This document shows, one piece after another, positions 1 to 8,919 of a DNA stretch of 32,000 nt. Made by a program: the position numbers and the translations under genes. Location of the stretch: assembly GCA_965224465.1 (NCBI GenBank), contig OZ245049.1:1470001-1502000 (forward strand), in the 5' to 3' direction. The DNA comes from Flavobacteriaceae bacterium. Lineage in GTDB: Bacteria; Bacteroidota; Bacteroidia; Flavobacteriales; Flavobacteriaceae. The notes under the pieces were generated by a model. That model had not been told where the DNA came from and ran no database searches. It was given only the letters and a program-made list of their open reading frames with translations. Each line of letters starts with the position of its first letter. The first letter of the stretch is position 1.

Positions 1-420
1 ATCCCCTGCTGTATAGATACTTATAGTAGCCAATTTCAAAAAACGAGAAATAGGCCCTTCGTTTAAGGCTACATGCTGAATTCTAGAGAATGGCACCGTG
101 GTAACACGCGACCAAATCACTCCATTTTTATAGCTGATATCTTTTTCTCTAACAGCATATTTCATTTTAGAGACCCCTAAAACAAGACCAACTAAAACGA
201 ATAGAAAAAACAAAAAGGCACCGATTATAAGTCCCCATTTATAATGTACAAAAAAAGAATCTTTGGCAGTGAATAAAACATAGGTAAGTCCTCCGATAAA
301 CACCGTAAAAAACACAAAAAAATTCAACAAAACAACGATGATGTAATTTTGTTGAATTTTTTTAAAATTTATTTTTTTAATAGTTGGTAAATCACCTTCT
401 ATCTGGAAATTTTGAAACAT
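1..420 (-). CDS. PH-domain (bPH_2 / YdbS-YdbT-like) membrane protein, N-terminal 140 codons. The gene runs off the left edge.
   Basis: Absent from the ORF track because there is no stop inside the window. The reverse-strand ATG at 420..418 opens a frame that stays open to position 1: MFQNFQIEGDLPTIKKINFKK..VVLLNFFVFFTVFIGGLTYVLF..WGLIIGAFLFFLFVLVGLVLGV..YAVREKDISYKNGVIWSRVTTVPFSRIQHVALNEGPISRFLKLATISIYTAGD. It has two TM helices followed by the VPfsRIQhV..qGP..R..gLa pattern of membrane-flanked bacterial PH domains. It starts 19 nt downstream of the preceding same-strand gene. Confidence 0.6.
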   Translation of the reverse strand, partial: MFQNFQIEGDLPTIKKINFKKIQQNYIIVVLLNFFVFFTVFIGGLTYVLFTAKDSFFVHYKWGLIIGAFLFFLFVLVGLVLGVSKMKYAVREKDISYKNGVIWSRVTTVPFSRIQHVALNEGPISRFLKLATISIYTAGD

Positions 421-439
421 AGTAACATTCTCTAATTTA

Positions 440-1219
440 TTACAAATCTGCTGCATTGGCAATCAATTCAGCGATATCGTACACTTCAATATCAGCTTCT
501 TTATCTGTAGCTTTCACACCATCTGTCATCATAGTATTACAGAAAGGACAGCCTGTAGCAATAATATCTGGTTTCACTTTAATGGCATCCTCGGTACGTT
601 CCACATTAATATCTTTGTTTCCTTTTTCTGGCTCCTTAAACATCTGTGCGCCTCCTGCACCACAGCACAAGCCATTAGATTTACAGCGTTTCATCTCAAT
701 CAATTCTACTTCTAATTTTCGAATTAATTCTCTTGGAGCTTCATAAATACTATTGGCACGTCCTAAATAACAAGGATCGTGAAATGTAATTCTCTTCCCT
801 TTATACTTCCCGCCTTCAATAGTCATTCTACCATCATCCAACAGTGATTTCAAAAATTCGGTATGATGTACCACTTCGTATTTCCCACCCAACGGTCCGT
901 ATTCGTTTTTAATCGTATTAAAACAATGTGGACACGCCGTTACTATTTTTTTAACTTCATAGGCATTCAATACTTCAATATTTGCCATGGCTTGCATTTG
1001 AAATAGGAATTCGTTTCCAGCGCGTTTTGCAGGATCACCTGTACAGCTTTCTTCCGTTCCTAAAACGGCAAATTCAACATTAGCTTTGTTTAAAATTTTC
1101 ACAAAAGCTTTGGTTATTTTTTTTGCTCTATCATCAAAACTACCAGCACAGCCTACCCAAAACAAAACTTCAGGTTGCTTTCCTTGTGCCATCATTTCTG
1201 CCATGGTTGGTACATTCAT
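440..1219 (-). CDS. (Fe-S)-binding protein with CCG-type cysteine-rich domains (HdrB/GlpC/LutA-like subunit)
   Basis: 259-aa ORF with an ATG start. Cysteine motifs are VGCAGSFDD, TACPHCFNT, HDPCYLGR, NGLCCGAGG and TGCPFCNTM. It is tightly packed with same-strand neighbours. Confidence 0.85.
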   Translation of the reverse strand: MNVPTMAEMMAQGKQPEVLFWVGCAGSFDDRAKKITKAFVKILNKANVEFAVLGTEESCTGDPAKRAGNEFLFQMQAMANIEVLNAYEVKKIVTACPHCFNTIKNEYGPLGGKYEVVHHTEFLKSLLDDGRMTIEGGKYKGKRITFHDPCYLGRANSIYEAPRELIRKLEVELIEMKRCKSNGLCCGAGGAQMFKEPEKGNKDINVERTEDAIKVKPDIIATGCPFCNTMMTDGVKATDKEADIEVYDIAELIANAADL

Positions 1220-1235
1220 AGTATTTTATTTTATG

Positions 1236-1721
1236 TTAATTGTGTTTTCCATCGTCAAAGACTTCGATGGTCACTTCTTTTTTAATCAAATCTGTAAATT
1301 CGCCTCTGTAACGCGTTGCTTTTACTAAGTGATTGTCTACCCAATGATAATTTCCTCCTCTTGGTTTTCCCATAACCATTCCATGGTATTTAAAGCCGTG
1401 CTTTTTTAACCAAGTTTCGGTTACTTCTCTATGTTCTTCTTTTCTAGAAGTAAAGAAATAAATAATATGACCTTCGTCGTACCATCTGTTAAGGGTTGCA
1501 ATTGCATCTGGATAAGCGGCGGCAGTAACCATACGTTCTGGCTCCTCGTTTGGAATATCGTCTCCTACGGTTCCATCAATATCAATTAAATAATTTTTGA
1601 TGTTTTCTGGCAATATCGGGCTGATATGCTCACCTGCTTCAACTTTATCATGTAAAAGTTTGTCTACATCTTCTTTATTCATACTGTTTAAGTAATGTTT
1701 GTTAGTAATCCTCTCTGCCAT
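1236..1721 (-). CDS. HAD-superfamily (DxDxT) phosphatase-like protein
   Basis: The track start at 1724 is GTG, and the adjacent codon 1721..1719 is ATG. HAD motif I is LIDIDGTVGDD, motif II is FFTSR, and a conserved Lys lies in GKPRGG. I cannot assign a subfamily by eye. Confidence 0.6.
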   Translation of the reverse strand: MAERITNKHYLNSMNKEDVDKLLHDKVEAGEHISPILPENIKNYLIDIDGTVGDDIPNEEPERMVTAAAYPDAIATLNRWYDEGHIIYFFTSRKEEHREVTETWLKKHGFKYHGMVMGKPRGGNYHWVDNHLVKATRYRGEFTDLIKKEVTIEVFDDGKHN

Positions 1722-1825
1722 CACAGCGCTTCCTATTTATATAGGAATTAGAGAAGTGTTAAATATATAATTGGACGTTTGCCTTGGCATCTACGTCTTC
1801 TCTCAATTCTAGCGTATTCTTTTAT

Positions 1826-3157
1826 TTACGTTTCGTCTTTCCAATTTAAACGATCCATCTGGCTATACTGCCAGGGTGCTCCATTGTTTTCTATATTGGA
1901 CATCATTCCATTTAATTCTACAGGAGCTGCAGATTCTTCCATCACCAAATAGCGTCTCATATCAACAATAATAGACAGTGGGTCAATATTTATAGGACAT
2001 TCCTCTACACAAGCATTGCAACTGGTACAAGCCCACAACTCTTCCTGTGTTATATAATCGTTTAATAGCTGTTTTCCATCCTCTTTAAATGTTCCTTTAT
2101 TAGCATCGATATTAGCACCTACTTCTTCCAATCGATCACGTGTTTTCATCATAATGGCACGTGGTGACAGTTCCTTCCCTGTAATATTTGCAGGGCATAC
2201 AGAAGTACACCTCCCACATTCGGTACAGGTATAAGCATTCATCAACTGCACCCAATTCAAATCCGTTACATCACTGGCTCCAAATTTCGCAGGCACTTCG
2301 TCTACCGCCCCTTCTGGTGGCGCAGCATAAGGATCTGCATCTGGATCCATCATCAATTGAACCTCGTCTGTTACTGCTTTAATATTATCTAACTTTCCAG
2401 TCGCAGATAACTTGGCATAAAACGTATTTGGAAACGCCAATAATATATGCAAGTGTTTGGAATAATATAAATAATTCAAAAAGGTAAAAATTCCTATAAT
2501 ATGAATCCACCAAGCACTTCTTTCTAGGATAATAAGTGATGTTTGACTCCATCCATCAAATATAGGCGCAATAAATTGTGAAACAGGAAACGACCCTGCA
2601 AGTGTGTAATGCTCAGCCCCTAAAGCTTGTAAATTAGCATCCGCTGCATTCATCAATAAAAACAAAGACATTAGCACCATTTCGAAATACAAAATATACA
2701 AGGCATCATTTTTTGGAAACCCTTTCATTTCTTTATTCCAAAATCTAGGAATACGTACAAGCATTCTACGGATCCAAAAAACAGTTACAGAAACCAAGAC
2801 CATAAAGGCTAAAATCTCGAAAGCTGCAATCAAAAAATCATAAAAACCACCCATAAAGGAAAGCACCCGATGTGTACCTATAATACCATCTATAATAATC
2901 TCTACGACTTCTATATTAATAATAATAAAACCACCATACACTACAATATGCAAGGCGCCTGCAATAGGACGTTTTACCATCTTTGACTGCCCTAAAGCAA
3001 TCATAGCCATGTTTTTCCATCTCTCTGAAAGCTTATCACTCCGATCAATGTCTTTTCCTAGTTTAATATTACGAACCAGTTTTTTAATGTTTCCAATAAA
3101 AAAACCAACTCCTATAATTAATACAATCACAAAAATGATGTTCGGTAAATATGCCAT
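1826..3157 (-). CDS. Membrane-anchored 4Fe-4S dicluster protein (HdrD/DsrMK-like N-terminal half)
   Basis: 443 aa with an ATG start. The N-terminal ~250 aa carry several hydrophobic helices. These are followed by two ferredoxin motifs, CTECGRCTSVCP and CTSCNACVEECP. Confidence 0.85.
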   Translation of the reverse strand: MAYLPNIIFVIVLIIGVGFFIGNIKKLVRNIKLGKDIDRSDKLSERWKNMAMIALGQSKMVKRPIAGALHIVVYGGFIIINIEVVEIIIDGIIGTHRVLSFMGGFYDFLIAAFEILAFMVLVSVTVFWIRRMLVRIPRFWNKEMKGFPKNDALYILYFEMVLMSLFLLMNAADANLQALGAEHYTLAGSFPVSQFIAPIFDGWSQTSLIILERSAWWIHIIGIFTFLNYLYYSKHLHILLAFPNTFYAKLSATGKLDNIKAVTDEVQLMMDPDADPYAAPPEGAVDEVPAKFGASDVTDLNWVQLMNAYTCTECGRCTSVCPANITGKELSPRAIMMKTRDRLEEVGANIDANKGTFKEDGKQLLNDYITQEELWACTSCNACVEECPINIDPLSIIVDMRRYLVMEESAAPVELNGMMSNIENNGAPWQYSQMDRLNWKDET

Positions 3158-3179
3158 AGCTCTTGTTTTTTATTCCTAT

Positions 3180-4130
3180 CTAATCACTTTTTTTTTGATA
3201 CCCTTTGTCTTTTTTTCCAAACAACGAAAAATGAACAAAACGTTTTGGGTGTTCTTTAAAGTCTCTCAATAATTCTTCCAATTCTTTAGATGCATTTTCA
3301 AGGTTTGTGTACATCGTATCATCCGTCATCAACTTACCAATGGTCCCTTTTCCATTTTCTATATTGGTCAAAAGCATATTTACATTAGACAAGGTCTTTT
3401 CAAGATCTCGCACGGTTTCAGCTAAATCCACAGATGCCAAATTTGAGGAGAATTTAGAGAAGTCGTTAGTTATTTTTTCTGCATTGGAAAGAGTTGCTGT
3501 TAAAGAATTCGTATTCAAAGCCAACATCTTATCCAGTTTTTTACCTGCATTATTAAACGTTGTTACCGTACTATTTAATTGAACAATCGTCGCTTTTAAG
3601 TGATTTCTAGAGTTTACATCTAATACATCATTTAATCCAACCATTAAGGAGTCCACGTTTGTAATTACATTTTCAAATTTTGCCTGCAATGGATTTAACA
3701 TCTCTGAGGCTGTAGAAAATATATCTGATTCTATCTCTCCTTTTAATACATCGCCTGAAACTGCAATTTCTCCATCATAGGAAGGAACAACAGCCAAGGA
3801 TTTCCCCCCCATCAAACTAGCACTATATATTTTCGCAATACTCTTCCTGGAAAATTGAAAATCGTTATCAATAGAAAATTCTACTTCTAAAGATCCTTTT
3901 TTAGTAACTTCCTTCGAAAAAGTAATATTTAAAACTTTCCCTACAACTACTCCGTTAATAGTCACAACACTTGCAGTGTTCAATCCTTGTACATTGGCGT
4001 ATTCTGTCCGAAAGCTTCGACTTGTTTTCGCAAAGATATTCATACCCTTTAAAAAGTTAAACCCCCAAACAAACAATGAAATAGCTATAACAGCAACGAT
4101 ACCCGTTTTAAGTTCTCTTGATATTTTCAA
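3180..4130 (-). CDS. mlaD: MlaD/MCE family protein
   Basis: 316 aa. It has an N-terminal TM helix (TGIVAVIAISLFVWGF), an MCE-like core (ANVQGLNTASVVTINGVVVGKV) and a long helical C-terminus. The only start that keeps the TM helix is TTG at 4130..4128; there is an in-frame stop 12 nt upstream and the next ATG lies after the helix. Confidence 0.8.
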   Translation of the reverse strand: MKISRELKTGIVAVIAISLFVWGFNFLKGMNIFAKTSRSFRTEYANVQGLNTASVVTINGVVVGKVLNITFSKEVTKKGSLEVEFSIDNDFQFSRKSIAKIYSASLMGGKSLAVVPSYDGEIAVSGDVLKGEIESDIFSTASEMLNPLQAKFENVITNVDSLMVGLNDVLDVNSRNHLKATIVQLNSTVTTFNNAGKKLDKMLALNTNSLTATLSNAEKITNDFSKFSSNLASVDLAETVRDLEKTLSNVNMLLTNIENGKGTIGKLMTDDTMYTNLENASKELEELLRDFKEHPKRFVHFSLFGKKDKGYQKKSD

Positions 4131-4189
4131 AATTATAAATTAAAATGATTAGCAATAATACTACTTATTCTTATGACTCTTACTAAAAT

Positions 4190-5326
4190 TTAGTTCGAAT
4201 TTTCAAGAATTTTACTTACAGAAACCTTTTTTCCGTTTTTATACGCCACAATAAAAGCTCCTGAATACCCTTTTAGTTTTGCGGTTTTTTGAGCCTTTTT
4301 AACAGATTCGTAATTAGACGTATTTCCGTAATAGTATTTATACAATTTTCCTATTTTTACTACCGAAACATTCTGTAATCCATTAAAATTATATGCCTTT
4401 AAAGTAAGCTTTATTCTACTCGCCGCAATTTGAACTTTAAAAACTCCATTTTTAAAAATCGGTTGTTTTTTCACAACAACTGTTTTTATTTTTGGCACAG
4501 GTTCTCGAATAGGCTCTTCAACGGTATTTAATGCCTCTTGATTCAAATATTTACTAATTCCACGTGCTATGGAACTTGCCATCTTTTGTTGCCCCGCTTT
4601 TGAATTCAAATATTTACCTTCGCTATAATTAGAAATAAAACCCATTTCTATAAGTACACTTGGCATAAATGTTTGGTACAACACAACAAAAGCGGCCTGT
4701 TTGACCCCTCTGTTCTTCCGTTTTAATTTATAAGCAAAATCTTTTTGGATAATATCTGCCAGTAAGATGCTCTGGTCTAAATAATCCTCCATTTGCATGG
4801 TTACACCCAATACCGATTCAGGTGAATTTGGATCAAAACCCTTGTATTTTTTTTTGTAATCTTTTTCGTAGAAGATTACAGAGTTTTCCTTTTTTGCAAT
4901 TTCAAAATTCTTTTTATTCCCGCGCAATGCCAATGCAAAAGTTTCCGTTCCAGAAACCTGTGAATGATGCCCATTACAATGAATAGATACAAATAAATCT
5001 GCATTTGCTTTATTCGCGATTTTTCCTCTTTTCCAAAGATCTACAAATACATCTGTCTTTCGTGTATACACAACTTTAATATGCGGATTCTTCGCTAAAA
5101 TTTTTCCAACTTTTAACACCACACGTAAAGCAATGTCCTTTTCTATGTATTTTTTTAAACCAATATTCCCTGGATCCTTTCCTCCATGACCTGCATCTAG
5201 CACTACTGTATATTTATGATTTTGGGCAAAACTACTAGTAACACTCATCCCTACAAGCATTAAACATATAAAAACATGTTTATATCCCAACTTATTTCTA
5301 GTTGTAAACTCCGTTAAATTATTCAT
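4190..5326 (-). CDS. N-acetylmuramoyl-L-alanine amidase (Amidase_3) with C-terminal SPOR-like domain
   Basis: VVLDAGHGGKDPG and DLFVSIHCN are Zn-amidase motifs. The C-terminal FKVQIAAS...YKYYYG...GAFIVAYKNGKKV resembles a SPOR repeat. The track start at 5359 is TTG. The ATG at 5326..5324 (MNNLTEF...) still precedes the signal peptide LMLVGMSVTSSFAQ. Confidence 0.85.
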   Translation of the reverse strand: MNNLTEFTTRNKLGYKHVFICLMLVGMSVTSSFAQNHKYTVVLDAGHGGKDPGNIGLKKYIEKDIALRVVLKVGKILAKNPHIKVVYTRKTDVFVDLWKRGKIANKANADLFVSIHCNGHHSQVSGTETFALALRGNKKNFEIAKKENSVIFYEKDYKKKYKGFDPNSPESVLGVTMQMEDYLDQSILLADIIQKDFAYKLKRKNRGVKQAAFVVLYQTFMPSVLIEMGFISNYSEGKYLNSKAGQQKMASSIARGISKYLNQEALNTVEEPIREPVPKIKTVVVKKQPIFKNGVFKVQIAASRIKLTLKAYNFNGLQNVSVVKIGKLYKYYYGNTSNYESVKKAQKTAKLKGYSGAFIVAYKNGKKVSVSKILENSN

Positions 5327-5376
5327 AAAGAATAGCTTTTTATTACAAACCAAGCACAAACATTAACAAAAAATAT

Positions 5377-5384
5377 TATTTTTG
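5377..5384 (+). promoter_or_regulatory. Candidate Bacteroidota -7 box (TAnnTTTG) upstream of lptD
   Basis: TATTTTTG at 5377-5384, about 170 nt upstream of the lptD TTG start. I see no clear -33 TTG. Confidence 0.3.
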
Positions 5385-5553
5385 CTGAATGCGAGTTGGT
5401 CCATTATTTTTAATTATTTTTGGCACTGTAAGCAATCTTTTCAATTATCACGCCACAACCGTGTTTACTTGAAAAAAGCTATGAGACTTCCTAGCGAAAG
5501 TAAGTAAACTTGCGCTATTAACGTCGATTTAATTTAATATTTGAACGTAAATT

Positions 5554-8226
5554 TTGTATAGAATCCATTTTAAAGCATTTATAGCATTCACTATTGTTAT
5601 TCTCCTAACTTCTATGAGTTATGGGCAAGACATTCCAAGGCGTAGTATTAAAATTCCATTAAAAGCGTCATTAGATTCTATTTCTCCTAAAAAACTAGGT
5701 GAAAAATCGATTGTAAAAGACAGCATAAGCGCCATCGCATTTGACAGTATTAAGAAACCTAAATCTGTAATAACTGGTATTATCACTCACAATGCCGAAG
5801 GGTATATCAAACAAGATGTACAACACAATATTGTACATTTATACAACGAAGCAATTGTCACTTACGAAGACATTACTTTAGAAGCAGGAATGATAACTAT
5901 TGACAATAACACCAATATTGTAAGTGCCACAGGAATTCTAGACAGCCTAGGTGTTTACACACAGCTCCCCTATTTTAAACAAGGTGCCGATGAATCTACT
6001 CAGGATTCTATTTCTTTCAATTTTAAAACTGAAAAAGCACTTATTTATGGGATTAAAACAGAGCAACAGGGTGTCATTATCTATGGAGAAGTCATGAAAA
6101 AAGAAAACGACTCTACCATTTACGTAAAAAACATCCGGTTTACCACATCACAAAAAAAGAAACCCGATTATTATATTCAAACAAAAAAGGCGAAATTAGT
6201 CCCTAACAAAAAAATTGTTATCGGCCCTAGTAGTTTAGTTATTGCAGATGTTCCTACGCCACTTATACTTCCTTTTGCTTATATTCCTTTGACCAAAGGA
6301 AGAACTTCTGGTTTTTTAATCCCCACTTGGGGAGAATCCAACAATCAAGGATATTTTTTACAAAACGGAGGGTATTATTTTGTGTTGAGCGATCATTTTG
6401 ACTTGGCAGTTTTAGCTGATTTTTACACCAATGGTAGCTGGGGAATACGCACACAATCCAATTATAAAATTAGGTACAAATACAGTGGTAACTTTAGTTT
6501 TAGATACGAAAACCTCATCAACGGACTCCGAGGTTTAAGTGATTACAGTAAATCTAGCAACTACAATATCCGATGGAGCCATAGCCAAGACGCCAAAGCG
6601 AGTCCTAATTCACGTTTTTCAGCGTCCGTAAACTTGGGAAGTAGTAAGTACTACAGACAATCACTGAATGAATACAATACAAACTCGTTTTTAAACAACA
6701 CCTTAAGCTCTTCCATCTCTTTTTACAAGAAATTTGTAAATACTCCATTTAACATGTCAATGTCTGCCACACATTCTCAGAACACCAATACAGAGAAAAT
6801 AAATATGACCTTGCCATCACTTCAAATAAACATGGACAGAATATATCCGTTTGCAGGGAAAAATGGCATCAAGAAAAATGCTATCCAAAAAATGGGATTG
6901 AGTTACAATGTAAAAGCAGAAAACAAAATTAGTACGACCGATGAATTCTTTATGAAAAAAGAAATGTGGGACAATGCCAAATCTGGTGTACAACAAAATG
7001 TTTCCTTAAGCACCAATTTAAAGTTTATGAAATACTTCACCTTATCTCCAAGTGCAAACTACAAAGAGGTTTGGTATTTTGATAAAATCAAAAAACATTA
7101 CGACGCAGGCAATAACAAAGTGATTACAGACACCATTAGTGGTTTCAACTCTTTTAGAGAATACAATACAGGAGCCTCTATCTCAACAAACATATATGGT
7201 ATGTTTAAAGTCAATAAAGGGCGATTAAAAGCCATTCGCCATGTTATGAGACCTTCTGTTTCTTACAGTTACAAACCAGATTTCGGTGCTTATTATGATC
7301 AAGTACAAAAGACAGCAGACCCCGAAGATGTAGAAATATACTCTCAGTTTGACAATGGAATTTACGGAAGACCCAGTAAAAACCTATCCAACAGTCTTAG
7401 TTTCAGCTTAAACAATACCCTTGAAGCAAAAGTCTTAAAAAAGGATGCAGACGGTGATAGTGATGAAGACTATAAAAAAGTAAAAATATTAAATAACTTA
7501 AACTTTTCTACCAGCTACAATATGGCTGCTGATAGTTTAAAGTGGAGCCCTGTAAGAATGTCGGCTGGTACACAATTATTTAACAATAAAATGTCGGTAA
7601 ACATGAGTGCTAATCTAGACCCTTATGCTATAAATGCTAACGGCCGTAAGATCAATACTTTTAACATCAATAATAAAGGTAGTCTCTTCCGATTAACCAA
7701 TGCAAATTTCACCGCAAACTACTCGCTTTCTAGTAAAAAAGAAGACAAAAAAGGCAAAGAAAAAGCAAAGAGCAATCAAAACAATTCTGACGGTATTTTT
7801 GGAGAAGACATTGCAGTAAGTAATCGAATGGGGGCAGAAAAAAAACTAGGAGATGAAGACAAAAATAAAGTAACAGAATTATACAAAGCAAATTTCCCTT
7901 GGACATTAAGACTCGCCTATTCTTTAAGCTACCTCAACAGCAATAGACAAGACGAAATATCATCCAACTCATTAATGTTTTCGGGAGACGTAGAACTCAG
8001 TCCAAAATGGAAAGTTGGCTTCTCTTCTGGATATGATTTTAAAAATACTGGATTCACTTATACTCAATTGCGTTTTCAACGAGATTTAGATAGTTGGAAA
8101 TTAAATTTTAACTGGGTTCCTTTCGGAGCAAGACAAACATATTACTTTTTTATTGGTGTAAAATCATCGGTGTTAAGTGATTTAAAATACGAAAAACGTC
8201 AAGTTCCAGACCGTAGATTATTCTAA
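5554..8226 (+). CDS. lptD: LPS-assembly outer-membrane protein LptD-like (OstA-like N-terminus plus large beta-barrel)
   Basis: 890 aa with signal peptide MYRIHFKAFIAFTIVILLTSMSYGQ. The remainder is long, aromatic- and Asn/Ser-rich and beta-strand-like, ending in a terminal ..RRLF. The start is TTG at 5554; there is an in-frame TAA 6 nt upstream and the first ATG lies inside the signal peptide. Confidence 0.75.
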   Translation: MYRIHFKAFIAFTIVILLTSMSYGQDIPRRSIKIPLKASLDSISPKKLGEKSIVKDSISAIAFDSIKKPKSVITGIITHNAEGYIKQDVQHNIVHLYNEAIVTYEDITLEAGMITIDNNTNIVSATGILDSLGVYTQLPYFKQGADESTQDSISFNFKTEKALIYGIKTEQQGVIIYGEVMKKENDSTIYVKNIRFTTSQKKKPDYYIQTKKAKLVPNKKIVIGPSSLVIADVPTPLILPFAYIPLTKGRTSGFLIPTWGESNNQGYFLQNGGYYFVLSDHFDLAVLADFYTNGSWGIRTQSNYKIRYKYSGNFSFRYENLINGLRGLSDYSKSSNYNIRWSHSQDAKASPNSRFSASVNLGSSKYYRQSLNEYNTNSFLNNTLSSSISFYKKFVNTPFNMSMSATHSQNTNTEKINMTLPSLQINMDRIYPFAGKNGIKKNAIQKMGLSYNVKAENKISTTDEFFMKKEMWDNAKSGVQQNVSLSTNLKFMKYFTLSPSANYKEVWYFDKIKKHYDAGNNKVITDTISGFNSFREYNTGASISTNIYGMFKVNKGRLKAIRHVMRPSVSYSYKPDFGAYYDQVQKTADPEDVEIYSQFDNGIYGRPSKNLSNSLSFSLNNTLEAKVLKKDADGDSDEDYKKVKILNNLNFSTSYNMAADSLKWSPVRMSAGTQLFNNKMSVNMSANLDPYAINANGRKINTFNINNKGSLFRLTNANFTANYSLSSKKEDKKGKEKAKSNQNNSDGIFGEDIAVSNRMGAEKKLGDEDKNKVTELYKANFPWTLRLAYSLSYLNSNRQDEISSNSLMFSGDVELSPKWKVGFSSGYDFKNTGFTYTQLRFQRDLDSWKLNFNWVPFGARQTYYFFIGVKSSVLSDLKYEKRQVPDRRLF

Positions 8227-8246
8227 ATTTTAAAACGATACGAATC

Positions 8247-8627
8247 ATGAAAAAAATAATAAACACAAAAAATGCCCCTGCTCCAATTGGTCCTTATAGC
8301 CAAGCAGTATTGACAGGAAACACCTTATACACTTCTGGTCAAATTCCAATTGATCCAAAAACAGGGCTCTTAATAATGGATACTATAACCAATGAAACTA
8401 CTCAGGTTATGGAAAATTTAAAAGCAGTTTTGACAGAAGCTAAAATGACTTTTGACAATGTTGTAAAAGTTTCAATTTTTATTTCAGATATGGATAATTT
8501 CGGTGCTATTAACGATGTATATGGTTCTTATTTTGATGCCGATACAGCACCCGCACGTGAAACAGTACAAGTAGCCCGATTGCCTAAAGATGTAAATGTA
8601 GAAATTTCAGCAATCGCTATATTATAG
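8247..8627 (+). CDS. ridA: RidA/YjgF family reactive-intermediate deaminase
   Basis: 126 aa. APAPIGPYSQAV...LYTSGQIPIDP...ARETVQVARLPKDVNVEI is the classic YjgF/RidA pattern. It starts 20 nt after lptD. Confidence 0.9.
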   Translation: MKKIINTKNAPAPIGPYSQAVLTGNTLYTSGQIPIDPKTGLLIMDTITNETTQVMENLKAVLTEAKMTFDNVVKVSIFISDMDNFGAINDVYGSYFDADTAPARETVQVARLPKDVNVEISAIAIL

Positions 8628-8688
8628 TAGTGATCTGAGAGCACTTCCTAGGGAACTGATTTATAATTGGTGGCTCAAGTAATAACAA

Positions 8689-8749
8689 AATAGCGACAAA
8701 CTAAAAATTGAATCCATAACAGCTGTTCAATTTTTAGCTTGTCGCTATT
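8689..8749. terminator. Long hairpin between convergent ridA and mgsA (probable bidirectional terminator)
   Basis: Arms are 8689-8712 (AATAGCGACAAACTAAAAATTGAA) and 8726-8749 (TTCAATTTTTAGCTTGTCGCTATT): 24 positions with one mismatch and a 13-nt loop. T-rich tracts follow on both strands. Confidence 0.5.
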
Positions 8750-8771
8750 TAATTTTGCTCTACACTAAACC

Positions 8772-8888
8772 TTATACCAAATACATTTCCATATGACGGT
8801 TTAGAAATAGAATTATTTTTTGTTCTGTTTTTCAACAACTACAGAACGTAAAACCAACTATTTATATCGGTTATTTTGGATTGTAATT
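8772..8888 (+). repeat. Copy A (117 bp) of an intergenic repeat element
   Basis: Its reverse complement aligns end to end with 20035-20172. By hand alignment about 107 of 117 positions are identical, and the other copy carries one 21-nt insertion. Confidence 0.9.
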
Positions 8889-8919
8889 ATACTATTTTAT
8901 TATTTGTAAAGCCGTATCC

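Noticed and set aside
5488-5500. Shared ACTTCCTAG(C/G)GAA between 5488-5500 and 8644-8656
   Set aside because: Matches of about 12 nt are expected many times by chance in a 32-kb AT-rich window. There is no supporting context.
8822-8839. GTTCTGTTTTTCAACAAC (also GTTGTTGAAAAACAGAAC at 20085-20102), which superficially resembles a CRISPR repeat fragment
   Set aside because: There are only two occurrences, 11 kb apart. Each is embedded in the larger 117/138-bp element. There are no regularly spaced repeats or spacers, and no cas genes.
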